Shown piece by piece: positions 37,776 to 48,600 of a DNA stretch of 64,000 nt. The stretch lies in the IMG/VR virus record IMGVR_UViG_3300036790_000811, positions 1 through 64,000 of that record. The stretch is one strand, 5' to 3'. The position numbers and the translations under genes were made by a program. The notes beneath the pieces are model-generated. The model saw only the letters and a list, made by a program, of their open reading frames with translations, did not search any database and was not told the DNA's origin. Numbering within the stretch: the first letter of the stretch is position 1; every line of letters begins with the position of its first letter. Origin of the DNA: a virus.

Positions 37776-38477
37776 ATGACCCTCTATGCACGCTCGGACC
37801 TGATGAGCGTGAGCGTTCCAGTCAGCAGCGGCGGCTGTGGAGTTGGCCACTCAAGGTCAGTGACCCAAGGCGCACCTGCGAAGGAGTGGAAGCTCCAGTG
37901 CCCCTCGTGCGAGTCCTTCCTCAAGGGAGGCGGGCGCACGACCCTGAAATACACCCCCGGCGACCTCAAGAACGGCATCACTCCCACGCAGGAGCGCGTC
38001 GCGGACTGCGACCCCTGCTGGAGCACGAGCCCCGAAGCCATTCCGCTGACCCCTGATGAGTCCCGGGTGTCGGCCACCCGAGCCGAGCGCGGTGCTCAGC
38101 AGATCCAGATGATCCAGGCTCTCGCGGCCCTGCGGTCCACCGGAATCGAGGTTCCGGCTGAGGCCATGTGGCTGCTGGAGCGTGAGCTCCCGGATTCTCT
38201 CGTCAAGGGCAAGATCCTGTGTGCTGCCGGTCACGAGAACGTGGCGGGCGCCAAGTTCTGCGCCGAGTGCGGCACGTCGATGTCGGTCCGTGCCGCCGTG
38301 GAGGCGCCGAAGATCCCGGAGCCCCGCGAGGAACCGCGTCAGGAGCCGAAGCAGAACACCTGGACCGCTGACCAGCTGGACAAGCTGCACGGCATGACCC
38401 TGAAGAAGATGTGCCGGGAACGCGGCCTGCCTGACACGGGCGGCCGGGAAGCAGTAATCAAGCGTCTGTCAGCCTAG
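37776..38477 (+). CDS. Zn-ribbon + SAP-domain protein
   Basis: CAAGH...FCAECG; LDKLHGMTLKKMCRERGLPDTGGREAVIKRL. Confidence 0.7.
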   Translation: MTLYARSDLMSVSVPVSSGGCGVGHSRSVTQGAPAKEWKLQCPSCESFLKGGGRTTLKYTPGDLKNGITPTQERVADCDPCWSTSPEAIPLTPDESRVSATRAERGAQQIQMIQALAALRSTGIEVPAEAMWLLERELPDSLVKGKILCAAGHENVAGAKFCAECGTSMSVRAAVEAPKIPEPREEPRQEPKQNTWTADQLDKLHGMTLKKMCRERGLPDTGGREAVIKRLSA

Positions 38478-38484
38478 GAGCGCG

Positions 38485-38664
38485 ATGTCGAGAGCAGCCG
38501 GACTGTGCAAATTGTGCGGCGGGCCCAAGCGGGGCCGGGCGGCACGGACGGCTGCTCCCATCGCCCAGTGCAGTGAATGCGGCGCGGATATCTGCCCGAA
38601 GCACGCTACGTGGCGTGATGACAGTTACATCTGCAAACGATGCGAGAGGGCATCCAAGACATGA
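38485..38664 (+). CDS. small Cys-rich protein
   Basis: Manual ORF CKLC...CSEC....CPKH...CKRC; AGGAG SD. Confidence 0.6.
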   Translation: MSRAAGLCKLCGGPKRGRAARTAAPIAQCSECGADICPKHATWRDDSYICKRCERASKT

Positions 38665-39644
38665 CGATGCCAGTCCCGCTAGGGCTAACCCCGTACATAA
38701 GCCCCGCCACGCTTACGCAGGCATCTACGGGTGTTGACTACAGCTCTATTCCCGCGACCCCGAACTTCGATCCCCAGGCCAACAACTCCGAGCTGTGGAA
38801 CATCTGCCAGCGCGCTACGGCCATGGCGGACCAGTACTGCAACCAGGTACTCCGGGCGACACTGGATACCGAGGTCATGCGCGGTCCGGACTACCGGGTC
38901 ACCGTAGGTCCCCAGGCCGGGGGAGCCTACCCCACTCCCTACTGGGGGAATGCGGGATCGAACGCGCGAATGATCATGTCCCGCTGGCCGGTCCTCGCGG
39001 TCAACGGCATCAAGGTCAGCCCGAACAACTTCCCCCGCAACTGGGTAACGGTCCCGGCGAACAACTACGAGCCGGAGCTTCCCCCGTACGGGATCTTCAA
39101 TAGCGTGGCTCCCGGTGACGACGCCTACGGCGGCCAGGCCATCATCATGGGAGCCGGCTACGTCGGCTGGAACTACGGCCGAAACGGCTATGTCCTCCAG
39201 GTCAGCTACACCAACGGCTGGCCGCATACCTCGCTGACGACCGTGGCACCCGCAGGAGCCGAGACCATCTCCGTGGCGGACACCACGGGCTGGGCCGTCA
39301 GCAACTACGAGGACACCGTAACGGGAGCCACGGGAGTTTTCAAGGACGGGGGACAGCAGGAGGCGGGGTCGGTCGTCTCCGCGTCCACCACGTCCGGACC
39401 CGGCACCCTGACCCTGAGTTCCCCGCTCCAGTTCACTCATCAGGGCGGGGTCGTGTTCAGCACTCTTCCCGGGGCGATTGAGCAAGCCTGCATCCTGTTC
39501 GGTGCCGGACAGGCTCTCGTCCGGGGTGCCACTACGACCACCATTCACGCTATCGGGGGTCATGCCCAGTCCAGCGGGGCTGACTTCAGCGAGCTGAATC
39601 TTGAGGGCGAGATTTTGCTCCATCCCTTCCGTCGGAGTGTGTAA
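38661..39644 (+). CDS. head-to-tail adaptor-like protein
   Basis: ATAMADQYCNQVL...VSYTNGW...LPGAIEQACIL...LLHPFRR. Confidence 0.7.
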   Translation: MTMPVPLGLTPYISPATLTQASTGVDYSSIPATPNFDPQANNSELWNICQRATAMADQYCNQVLRATLDTEVMRGPDYRVTVGPQAGGAYPTPYWGNAGSNARMIMSRWPVLAVNGIKVSPNNFPRNWVTVPANNYEPELPPYGIFNSVAPGDDAYGGQAIIMGAGYVGWNYGRNGYVLQVSYTNGWPHTSLTTVAPAGAETISVADTTGWAVSNYEDTVTGATGVFKDGGQQEAGSVVSASTTSGPGTLTLSSPLQFTHQGGVVFSTLPGAIEQACILFGAGQALVRGATTTTIHAIGGHAQSSGADFSELNLEGEILLHPFRRSV

Positions 39645-40142
39645 GTGGCCGAGAGTGCGGCCAAGGTCGCGGCCCGCAAGCGCCGGGAGGCTATCCGTGC
39701 TGCTCAGCGCGCACGGGTCAGGGCTCAGCGCAAGGCCATCCGGGAGGCGGCCCGCAAGCAGCGGGACGCCGAGCGCCGCGCTGCCCGTGCCGTCGCAAGG
39801 GCTAAGCGTGAGGCAGCCCGCAGAGCCGCCCGCGCTGCGGCCAGGGCCTACCGGCATGATCTCCGGACCGATGCCCGCGCGATCCGCCGGGGAGCCGAGA
39901 TCGAGGCCCGCGCCCGGAAGGCGGCGGTTTCCAACGCGAAATACCTGGCGAAGCGGAAGACAATAGCACAGGCGCGCCTCCGGCCGTTCCTCGGGCTGAA
40001 CACGAAGATCGTCCCGTATCCCCGGGATCTGTCGGGACACGCCGGATGGCATACGCACTACAAGTCCGGGACGATTATCCGGGGCTTCTACTCCACCTGG
40101 GGCGCACAGTCCCGCGACAGGGCTGACAACCCCTTCATCTGA
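39645..40142 (+). CDS. Arg/Ala-rich highly basic protein
   Basis: ARKRREAIRAAQRARVRAQRK... Confidence 0.65.
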   Translation: MAESAAKVAARKRREAIRAAQRARVRAQRKAIREAARKQRDAERRAARAVARAKREAARRAARAAARAYRHDLRTDARAIRRGAEIEARARKAAVSNAKYLAKRKTIAQARLRPFLGLNTKIVPYPRDLSGHAGWHTHYKSGTIIRGFYSTWGAQSRDRADNPFI

Positions 40143-40187
40143 TTGCCGCTCATTATACGTAATGCTAAAATGACCCAGAGGTGACCC

Positions 40188-40775
40188 ATGCCCTTGGTGG
40201 TGGTCCAGTCGTTCATCAAGGGTCTTCTCGACGGACTCGAAATGCCGTACTCTCAGCCGGCTGCCCAGACGTACGTCACCCCCCCCGATCCCCGGATTCA
40301 GTCTCGCATTCCCGCCATCTACATCTGGCCAGGGGAGGGCGAGGAAAACCGCTCCCAGGAACTCGGCGGTACGATCCCCCGCAATAGTGGCCCGAACACC
40401 CCTTCCGGGACCAAGGGCCAGCTGCACCAGATGAGCGTTTACCTCACCTGGTTCTCGGCCAATCAGGGCACCGAGGGCGACCCGATCTTTCCCGGGATGA
40501 TCGACGCGGTGATGAGCGCCCTGAGATACTCCCAGCCGAACCCGGCGGAGATTACCGACCCGAATACGGGACTCACGTCCACGGTCTACAACGTGGGCGA
40601 GACGATGCGCTATCACACAGGGCTGGAATCCACCGAGGATGAGCGCTGGCTCAGATACGACTGTCTTGTGGACGTGTCGGTCTGGGAAATTATGCAAGCG
40701 TTATCCGTTAACTGGAGGCGTGTGAACACAGGGACCATTACGGTCACAGGAATTTCAATTAGGAGCGTGATCTGA
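40188..40775 (+). CDS. tail terminator-like protein (likely natural end WEIMQA, then TTA at 40701)
   Basis: Lies directly before the major tail gene; IPAIYIWP. Confidence 0.65.
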   Translation: MPLVVVQSFIKGLLDGLEMPYSQPAAQTYVTPPDPRIQSRIPAIYIWPGEGEENRSQELGGTIPRNSGPNTPSGTKGQLHQMSVYLTWFSANQGTEGDPIFPGMIDAVMSALRYSQPNPAEITDPNTGLTSTVYNVGETMRYHTGLESTEDERWLRYDCLVDVSVWEIMQALSVNWRRVNTGTITVTGISIRSVI

Positions 40776-42149
40776 ATGGCCCTTACCGGCGGTGGCCTAG
40801 GAGGCCTTGGCGGGCCCAATATTTATCCGAGCGTTCTCACGTGGCTTGGCCTTGCGCGAGAGCTAACGGCGGGCAATCCAGTTCTTCCGGTCTGGACGCA
40901 CCCCCTTGACCAGGGATCATTCGAGCCCGAGGATACGCCTAAGTTCCTTCAGGACAAGGCGATCCGTGGCGCGATGACGGACCTGTTCTATGAGACCCTC
41001 GGCGTTGAGTCCGCCGCGTTCTCGTTCGGCGGTCCCAACTTCCTGGACACGCACGGATACTTCTTCGACAACGTCTTCGGCGATCTGTCCAGTTCATGCA
41101 GCACCCTTTCGACTAGTACGACTGTCGCCGCTACTCTCCCTGTTGGCGCAACGTCCATGACGGTAGCCTCCACCGCCGGGATGTCCACTGGCGGTTACAT
41201 TCAGATCGGAACGGCAGCCTCCACGCTGACCTCTTCTTATATCAATGAAGTCGTTCAGATCACTAGCATGATCACGACGGCTGTGACCTTCGCGAACAAC
41301 CCGCTCCGGTTCGCTCACACGGCAGCCACTCCCGTGGCTCCCTGCGTTCTCAGTACTGCTACCACCTTCACGCACCGTTTCGCGGCCCTGAACTCCCAGC
41401 TCGGCTACGGTGGCGCCTATGGTGCGCAGCCCCCGACGCACACTTTCACGGACCAAACAAATGTAGTCAATGCCCTGACGGCCGGCTACATCTCCGGCAA
41501 CCCCTTCGGCACGGTTCCCACCAACACCTACGGTGCCCGGCAGTACGCTTTCTCGTGCCTGAAGAACATCGACTTTTCCGGTAATGCGGAACAGCTGCTC
41601 GGCATCAAGATGGCCGGGGACAGCTTCTTGTCCACCCCGGTTCCCGCAGGGACGCCGCCCATACTACAGACGACCGGCGCCAGGCCCATTCCCAACTGGG
41701 CCGCGACAGTGAACATCCTGGGACAGACGGTGCCGACGACGACCGTCGGCGAGTTCATGGTGTCCTTTAAGCGTCAGACGCAGGTGTACTGGACGGTTCA
41801 GGGATCGCAGCAGCCGTTCGTCATCGCACGCGGACCGCTGACCATGGACGGGACGATCCAGTACGACCCGACTACATCGGAAATCCCGCTGGACATCATG
41901 CTCCTGAACGCCCAGGGTCCGATGAGCATCAACCTGAGCAATGCGAACATCCCGAACTCGGGCCCCCTGTTCAACTTGACGTTCACTGCTTCCCAGGTCG
42001 CGAACGTCAAATCCAAGATCAACCGGTCCAAGGACCTAGTGGCTTACGGCAACTCATTCGAGGGCGTTGGAAATGCCACAGATGTGGGTGGTTCTGGGGG
42101 TCTTGGCCCGGGAACCATCACATTGGTCAACACGGTCGCCACTTACTGA
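40776..42149 (+). CDS. major tail (tube) protein
   Basis: WLGLARE...FLQDKAIRG...THRFAALN; followed by the chaperone gene. Confidence 0.8.
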   Translation: MALTGGGLGGLGGPNIYPSVLTWLGLARELTAGNPVLPVWTHPLDQGSFEPEDTPKFLQDKAIRGAMTDLFYETLGVESAAFSFGGPNFLDTHGYFFDNVFGDLSSSCSTLSTSTTVAATLPVGATSMTVASTAGMSTGGYIQIGTAASTLTSSYINEVVQITSMITTAVTFANNPLRFAHTAATPVAPCVLSTATTFTHRFAALNSQLGYGGAYGAQPPTHTFTDQTNVVNALTAGYISGNPFGTVPTNTYGARQYAFSCLKNIDFSGNAEQLLGIKMAGDSFLSTPVPAGTPPILQTTGARPIPNWAATVNILGQTVPTTTVGEFMVSFKRQTQVYWTVQGSQQPFVIARGPLTMDGTIQYDPTTSEIPLDIMLLNAQGPMSINLSNANIPNSGPLFNLTFTASQVANVKSKINRSKDLVAYGNSFEGVGNATDVGGSGGLGPGTITLVNTVATY

Positions 42150-42721
42150 CGGTTACCTCTTCGCCACTGAGCGTAGTGCATAGAGCACCACCCCCGACCA
42201 AAGTAGGGCTTATCGCACCCCGGTTCCCCGCATCGGCGGTTATCGGTAACTCGTTTGGTTCGCAACGCCGCGCTGCGATCCCGTGCGCACTGCTTGCAGA
42301 TGCGCTGCTTGAATGAACCGTCGGAATAGCGAGCGATCTTCGTATTTTCTTCGGTCCATTCGTGATCGTTATCGCAAGAGGTGCGACTTGCCTCATAGTG
42401 AGTACCATGCCGGATTTCGTCCAACTTGTTCTCGCTGCTTGTTCCCCAGGCGAGGTTAGACAGTGCCGGATTCCGGCAGTCACCATCAAGATGGCGAGCT
42501 TCTTGTCCTGAAGGCTTCGGTCCTATGAATGCTTCCAGGACAAGGTGGTGCAGATATTTACCTTTCTGCCTTCCATCCCTGAAGAGAACTACCATCGGAT
42601 AGCCGCCGCTATTGCTATAGCTTGGTTTCAGGATGATGTTCCGTCGCAGGCTGAGAACGTTGCCCTCATCCGAAATCTTGTAGTACTCCTCAAATCCCAC
42701 CACTGGGCACCACTGAGTCAT
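42143..42721 (-). CDS. NUMOD4-HNH homing endonuclease (HEG4)
   Basis: WCPVVGFEEYYKISDEG...HHLVLEAFIGP...RHLDG...NLAWGTSSEN. Confidence 0.88.
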   Translation of the reverse strand: MTQWCPVVGFEEYYKISDEGNVLSLRRNIILKPSYSNSGGYPMVVLFRDGRQKGKYLHHLVLEAFIGPKPSGQEARHLDGDCRNPALSNLAWGTSSENKLDEIRHGTHYEASRTSCDNDHEWTEENTKIARYSDGSFKQRICKQCARDRSAALRTKRVTDNRRCGEPGCDKPYFGRGWCSMHYAQWRRGNRQ

Positions 42722-42760
42722 CTGTCAATCATATCATAGTTACTAAAACAGGAGACGCGA

Positions 42761-43350
42761 ATGGCTCGTGCAGAGCTTCCATCCGGCGGATTTATCGAAT
42801 ACCGGGACCACTTGCTCGCACGAGACAAGTTCGTCGTGCAAGATTCGGTCACCCTCACCTTCAAGGACGGGGGAAACGAGACCAGCATGGGCATCGTCAA
42901 TGATCAGCGCAATGCCCTGCTCGGACGGATTATCACCTCATGGTCCTATCCGGTACCGATCCCGTCCCAGAACTCGTTCCAGGCAGCGGACGTGGTTATC
43001 GGCGAGGCCATGGACCTCGATGATTACAACGCCTTGTCCAAGGCCGTACAGCCCCTGATGGACAAACTCACCGAGCGCACCACGGGGGATGACCCAAAAA
43101 AGCCGTAGCGCGCATCGCCCAGATCATCGTCTACCGCTACAACGGGGGCGCGGAGAATTTCCAGCCGGAATACCCGGAAGAACTTCCGCCGAAGATGATG
43201 ATCTACCACTACTTCGCCCGGCACCGGGGCTGGACTCCGCGCCAGGTAGATGAGCTGGAGATCGGCGAACTCGAATGGCTTGCCCTCCTGGATGAGGCAT
43301 TCGGCGTGGCTGAAGAGAGAATCCGCAGGCAGAACAATCTAGGAAAGTGA
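42761..43350 (+). CDS. tail assembly chaperone G/GT with -1 frameshift (G: 42761-43108)
   Basis: Slippery A AAA AAG at 43096-43102; -1 frame open to TGA 43350 (GWTPRQVDEL). Confidence 0.85.
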
Positions 43351-43357
43351 GCCGCGA

Positions 43358-44497
43358 ATGAGCCGTGTTATGTGGCACAGCGTCAGTCCCTGGGCCCCGA
43401 GTGGGTACGGAGTTCAGACCCAGATCTGGACCCGGCGCCTCAAGGAACTGGGTCACGAGGTCATCATCAGCTCTTTCTGGGGAATTCAGGGCGGTGCTAC
43501 CCAATGGGAAGGCATGATGGTCCTCCCCGGCTTCGGGGGTGCCTACTGCACGCCGTCGCTGCATCAGCATGCCAAGGCCTTCAAGCCCGACCTCGTCATC
43601 ACCCTCGGGGACATCTGGGTGATGGACGCCAACCTCCTCCGGGAGATCCCGGCGGCTCACTGGCTCCCCTCGGACTCGCGCCCCATGTCCTCGGCCGACC
43701 GGGGTGTCGCGGAAGCCTCCGGCGATGACCTGATCGCGATGAGCAAGTTCGGCCACCAGCGGTTCCTGGACGCGGGCTTCACGAACGCCCTCTACGTCCC
43801 CCACGGGATCGACACTGAGGTCTTCAAGCCGCTGGACAACGTGAAGGAACTGCGCGAAGCCTGCGGCCTGACGGAGGATCACTTCGTCATCGGCATCAAC
43901 CAGGCCAACAATGACGCCATCCGCAAGGCCCTGCCGGAGCAGATGTTGGCGTTCGCCCGGTTCGCGAAGAACCATGACGACGCCATGCTCACCCTGCACA
44001 CCGGGGTTAAGCAGGAAGGCGGCCAAGACCTGGAGGCCGTGGCCGAGAATCTCGGCATCCTGGACCGGATCCGGGTGGTGGACCAGTACCGCTACACCAG
44101 CGGGATGATCACCCAGTCTGACCTGAACGAGTGGTACAACGTCCTGGACGTGCTGTCCCAGGCGGTCTACGCCGAAGGCTTCGGCCTCCCGGTCGTGGAG
44201 GCGCAGGCGACCGGTACCCCGGTGATCACCACGAACGCCTCCGCCATGGAGGAGCTGAACCCCTACGGCATTACCGTGGACGGGGAGCCCTTCTGGAACG
44301 GCGTCCACAAGGCATGGTGGATACGTCCCAGCGTCAGGGAGATCGCGGATTCCTACGAGCTCGCCTACGAGAAGCGCAAGGACGTCAAGCCTGATCTCTA
44401 CCGGGACTTCGCCGGGACCTATGACTTCCGCAAGGTCAGTCCGGAATTCATGGAGCCGGCGGTTGAAGAGTTGCTTCGCCGCATGAAGGACCGCTGA
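43358..44497 (+). CDS. GT4 (GT-B) glycosyltransferase
   Basis: SGYGVQT, VPHGID, EGFGLPVVEAQATG. Confidence 0.9.
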   Translation: MSRVMWHSVSPWAPSGYGVQTQIWTRRLKELGHEVIISSFWGIQGGATQWEGMMVLPGFGGAYCTPSLHQHAKAFKPDLVITLGDIWVMDANLLREIPAAHWLPSDSRPMSSADRGVAEASGDDLIAMSKFGHQRFLDAGFTNALYVPHGIDTEVFKPLDNVKELREACGLTEDHFVIGINQANNDAIRKALPEQMLAFARFAKNHDDAMLTLHTGVKQEGGQDLEAVAENLGILDRIRVVDQYRYTSGMITQSDLNEWYNVLDVLSQAVYAEGFGLPVVEAQATGTPVITTNASAMEELNPYGITVDGEPFWNGVHKAWWIRPSVREIADSYELAYEKRKDVKPDLYRDFAGTYDFRKVSPEFMEPAVEELLRRMKDR

Positions 44498-44511
44498 CTT
44501 AAAGGGGTGAC

Positions 44512-45000
44512 ATGGACCTCCAGGGACTGATTGAACAGTTGGAGGTCCTGAAAGGTGCTGTCGAGAACGCGGCAGCTCCTTCCGCGACGGCAATGGCGGA
44601 GAACTTCCGCAAGGGAGTAGTTGAGGTCACGCTCCGCCAGATATCTCATGCTCCCGGGCTGTACTGGGAAGCGCCAGCGGGCCAACCTCCTGCCTATGTT
44701 ACGGGAAATCTTGCCCGTTCCGTCCGGACTACCCCCGCCAGCGGGACGCCGAGGGCTTCGGCATTCGTAGCAGCCTATGCGAAATATGCCGCGCTTCAAG
44801 CTTTCGGAGGCGAAACCCGGCCGACTCAAGGCAAGTACATGCACTGGCGAAATTCCGGCGGCAGTTGGTTCAAGGAGCGCGTCTATGTTCCCGCCCACCC
44901 CTACTTTCCGCCTACCCTGGGTCGTCAAATTTCCGATGGCAGTCTCTCTAATGTCGCAGCAGAAACTTTCTGGGCTCGCATTTCTCCGCTTCTTTCCTAG
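44512..45000 (+). CDS. HK97 gp10-like tail-completion protein
   Basis: PPAYVTGNLARS...YAALQAFG...PAHPYFPP. Confidence 0.7.
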   Translation: MDLQGLIEQLEVLKGAVENAAAPSATAMAENFRKGVVEVTLRQISHAPGLYWEAPAGQPPAYVTGNLARSVRTTPASGTPRASAFVAAYAKYAALQAFGGETRPTQGKYMHWRNSGGSWFKERVYVPAHPYFPPTLGRQISDGSLSNVAAETFWARISPLLS

Positions 45001-45590
45001 GAAGCCCGGAGGGATGCGAGCCTTCTTTTTGCTGTCTCTAGATTGTTTGCTATAAGTCGCAGACGGTCTGGATCCTCTCGCCCCTGCCCTATCAATAGGT
45101 TGCATGAAGGGCAGGCGAGGCCTCGCCTGCATAGTTCACATGAGTACCCGTAGCGGCAGCATGAGTGATCGTGATCCATTACAAATCCACGAGGATTTAC
45201 TGTATCCAGTACCTCGGCGCAGAGGTAGCATCTGCCGTTTTGTAGAGCCAGGAATTCAGCTACCAACTCATCCCAGTTACGACCATGCCTGTATGACATA
45301 CCGGAGCGTGGATTTTTCTCCCGAAACTCGCGAGACTTATTGACGTAATATTCTCGATGGCTAGATACATGCTGGCGTCTTTGGCATTTTTCACTACAGA
45401 AGCGACGCGAACTACGTTCGGCGGTAAAGGAAATGCCGCAACGTTCGCATACTTTTTCGAGGACATCAAAACCGCGCTGCCTTTTTCGTGCAGCTCGGTC
45501 TATACATTCCCTTGAACAAAATCGCTTATTCTTGTGCGCCGCCTTGACAGTCTTTCCGCACTCTTCACAGGTGATCATCGTTACCCGCAT
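44997..45590 (-). CDS. endonuclease VII-like homing endonuclease (HEG5)
   Basis: QNGRCYLC...MDHDHSCC...RRGLACPSCNLLIG; FCSREC-type repeats. Confidence 0.85.
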   Translation of the reverse strand: MRVTMITCEECGKTVKAAHKNKRFCSRECIDRAARKRQRGFDVLEKVCERCGISFTAERSSRRFCSEKCQRRQHVSSHREYYVNKSREFREKNPRSGMSYRHGRNWDELVAEFLALQNGRCYLCAEVLDTVNPRGFVMDHDHSCCRYGYSCELCRRGLACPSCNLLIGQGREDPDRLRLIANNLETAKRRLASLRAS

Positions 45591-45628
45591 AGTAGTCCAC
45601 CTTACGCGAAGGAAGGAGGTGAACCAGC

Positions 45629-48600
45629 ATTCCGGAACTTCCAGAGGTGAATGAAGCCTTCGTTGCTGACGTGAGTGACTACCTTGTCGGCATTCAGGAA
45701 ATGATCGACAAGACAGTTGAGGCTGCCGAGTCCGTAGCCAACCTGCGTCGCGAGATCGAGGAGCTTCCTCGCGAGACGATCGTCACGGTCAAGTACGTCC
45801 GGGAAACCGTCGGTGAAGCTCCTGAAGATATCCAGCGGACGGTTACTGACGTCACGGACGTTACGGGCGGCGCTAGTGACGATATCCAGAAGGCCGGGGA
45901 GCAGGCACAGCAGGCCCGGGAAGACTTCGAGGACATGTCCGAGTCCGCCGGGGAGGCCAGTGAGCGCCTGGAGGAACTCAGCGACGAGGCAGCCGGGCTC
46001 GATGAACACCTGGACGAAGTCCGGGAGAACGTCGGTGATCTCAAGGAGAACCTGGAGGACGCCGGCAATGCCATGGAGAATGCCGCCAGGGATACTCGCG
46101 ATTACGATGCCGCCAACCGTGAGGCGATGGAAAGCGCAAGGCAGCTGGGAGAGCGCACCCTTGAAGGCAAGGAGGGTATGGATGAATTTATTGACGCTCT
46201 CGATGAGGCTGTTCCCGGCCTGAAACAGTTCATGACGGAAAGTGCCATTGCCGGCGAAAGCCTGAAAGACCTGGGCGAGGATGCGGATCTCGCGACGATC
46301 GCGGCGGATGCATTCGACCGCGCCGTCACCGACGGCGATCTCACCATCGCCCAGACGACTGCCCTGCTGCGCGCCGCTCTTGCCGCCTACAAGGAGCTCG
46401 GGGACGCGACCAGCGTCGCCGCCGTCGGTCAGTATGCCCTCAACGAGTCGATGGACGCGACCGACATGAAGGCGACCGAGCAAGCCTCTTTGCTCCAGAT
46501 CGTCACTACCGCCCAGCGCAACTACGCCTCCATGACCAAGGACCTGGTAGTCGCGGAGCAGGCCGAGGAGGCCGCTCTCGCCGCCACCGAGGAGGAGCTG
46601 AACGCAAACGCGGTAAGCACCCTGGAAATGGCGGATGCCCAGACGTTCGCCAACGCCAACGTCATCGCCACGATGAACTCCGAGCGCAAGTACGCCGAGA
46701 CGATCTCCATGGTCCAGGAGATCCAGGAGCGCGAGCAGGAACAGCTCATAGAGCTTTCCATTGCCTACGAGGCAGAGGCGGCGGCGGCCCGGGAAGCGGC
46801 GGCGGCGACTGAGGAGCAGCGGGCGCAGTCGGAGCGCCTTGATGCCGAGATCCTCATCGAGGAAGAGGCGATGAACCGCCTCCGGGAATCGACCGGCGGC
46901 GCTACCGTCGCATTCGACCAGTTCCAGACAGCAATCGAAGATCTTCACGCCAATACCGACGGCGTCACGACCGACATGGACGCCCTGGCCGAGGCGCTCG
47001 CTCGCCAGGATGCCGGGGCTAATGCCGCTCGCGGTGCCTACGCCGCCCTGGCCGATGGTTTCGATTCTGCCGCCGAGGCGCTGACCAGTTACCGCCAGGG
47101 CATGACGATGACCACGGAGCAGGTGCATGTCCTCAACATCCTCCTCAGCTCCCTGGCCACGGGCGGTCTTCCCGCCTTCAATGAGGCCCTCCGCGCGAAC
47201 ACTGAGTCGTTCGATGACCTGGATGTGGGCATGCGGGGTGCCGTTGCTTCCAGCGACGCCTACCTGGCCGGCATGGAGACCGTCAGCGCGACTCAGCAGA
47301 AGCTGACGGAAAACACTATCTTCGCCAACGAGGCGCTGGCCATGGCGGGCGTTGAAGCCATGAAGCTGAGCGCCACGGAAGCAACACTCGCCGGGGATAC
47401 CGAGACGGTAGCGAGCGTCATGGCCGCCGCCCGGGAAGCGGTAGCCCAGTTCACCACCACCAGTCACGCCAGTGCCGAAGATGTTGCCAATCTCGCCGCC
47501 GTGACCCTGGCCCTGACGAACACCATCACGGCGAGCGGGGGAGCCTACCGGGGCTGGGGGGCCGGGCTTTCCAGTGCCAGCGTTGTCGCCGCCGGAGGCC
47601 TGCTGGACATGGTTGAGGCGGCTAAGCAGGCCAGCGCCGAAACCGGCGTCACGGGCGCCAACATGCTCGCCATGGCGGCAGCCGCCAGGCAGGCCGGGGA
47701 CAATATCGGCGGCATGACAATCCCCCTCGGGGCTGCCGCCTTCGGTATCACCGGAATCGGCACGGCCCTCCACCTGGTCTTCATGGCCGTGGTGGAGCTT
47801 CTCGCCACGCTCGTCCCGGCGATGATCGCCGCTGCCGCCGGGGCCTCGGTTCTGGTGCAGGGTTTTTCCCAGCTCAAGACTCAGCTCACCAGCGTCTATG
47901 AGGTGGGAGAATCGCTCGGTCCCGCGTTCGGGAAGACGCAGGGCGACATGCTCGGGCTGGGCCACAGTCTCCAGGTCGCCCAGAATGCCGCCGACCCTGA
48001 TGCCTACGAGCTGCTCGGCGAGGCGATTATCGGGGTGGACGGGGCCACCGGTCACCTGAATGACCAGATGGGCAGCGTCACTCATACCAGCCAGGCGGCG
48101 GGGCAGGGTATTTCCTCGTTCGGCCAGATGGGACTGGCGGTCGGCAGCGAGCTGGAGAAGTTCGGCGCGGGAATCGACGCCGACCTGAACAGCAACCTGA
48201 AGACGGTCACGAGCCTGCTGGCCAACGCCGTTCCCGACCTGGTGGAGTGGGGCCAGGTCATGGGCAACCTCGGTCACGCCGTTCTCAACCTCGCCGCCGA
48301 CATGCCGGGTCTGGCCGAGATCATCCTGAAGGTCATCGACGGCATTACGCAGCTCGTCAAGTGGGTCTCCGAGCTCAACCCGACGCTTATTGCCGTCGTC
48401 TTCGGCTTCGAGGAAGCCTACCGGTGGTCCGGTCTCCTGGTCGGGATCTTCGGCCTGCTCGCTCGGGCCATCGCCCTGGTCGGCACTCTCGGCCTGCCGG
48501 TCATCGGCAAGATCGGCATGAACATGGGCGCCATGGCCGCCAATGTCATTACCGGTGTCGGTGACATGATCGTCAACTTCACCGCCCTCCTGGAGAAGAT

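Noticed and set aside
13511-40704. TTAT as an IS200/IS605 target or excision footprint
   Set aside because: No TnpA/TnpB or terminal hairpins; the shared feature is an in-frame TTA codon, and site 56109 lacks TTAT.
43096-43102. Chaperone frameshift as part of the TTA system
   Set aside because: It is the classical A AAA AAG -1 G/GT site with no TTA.
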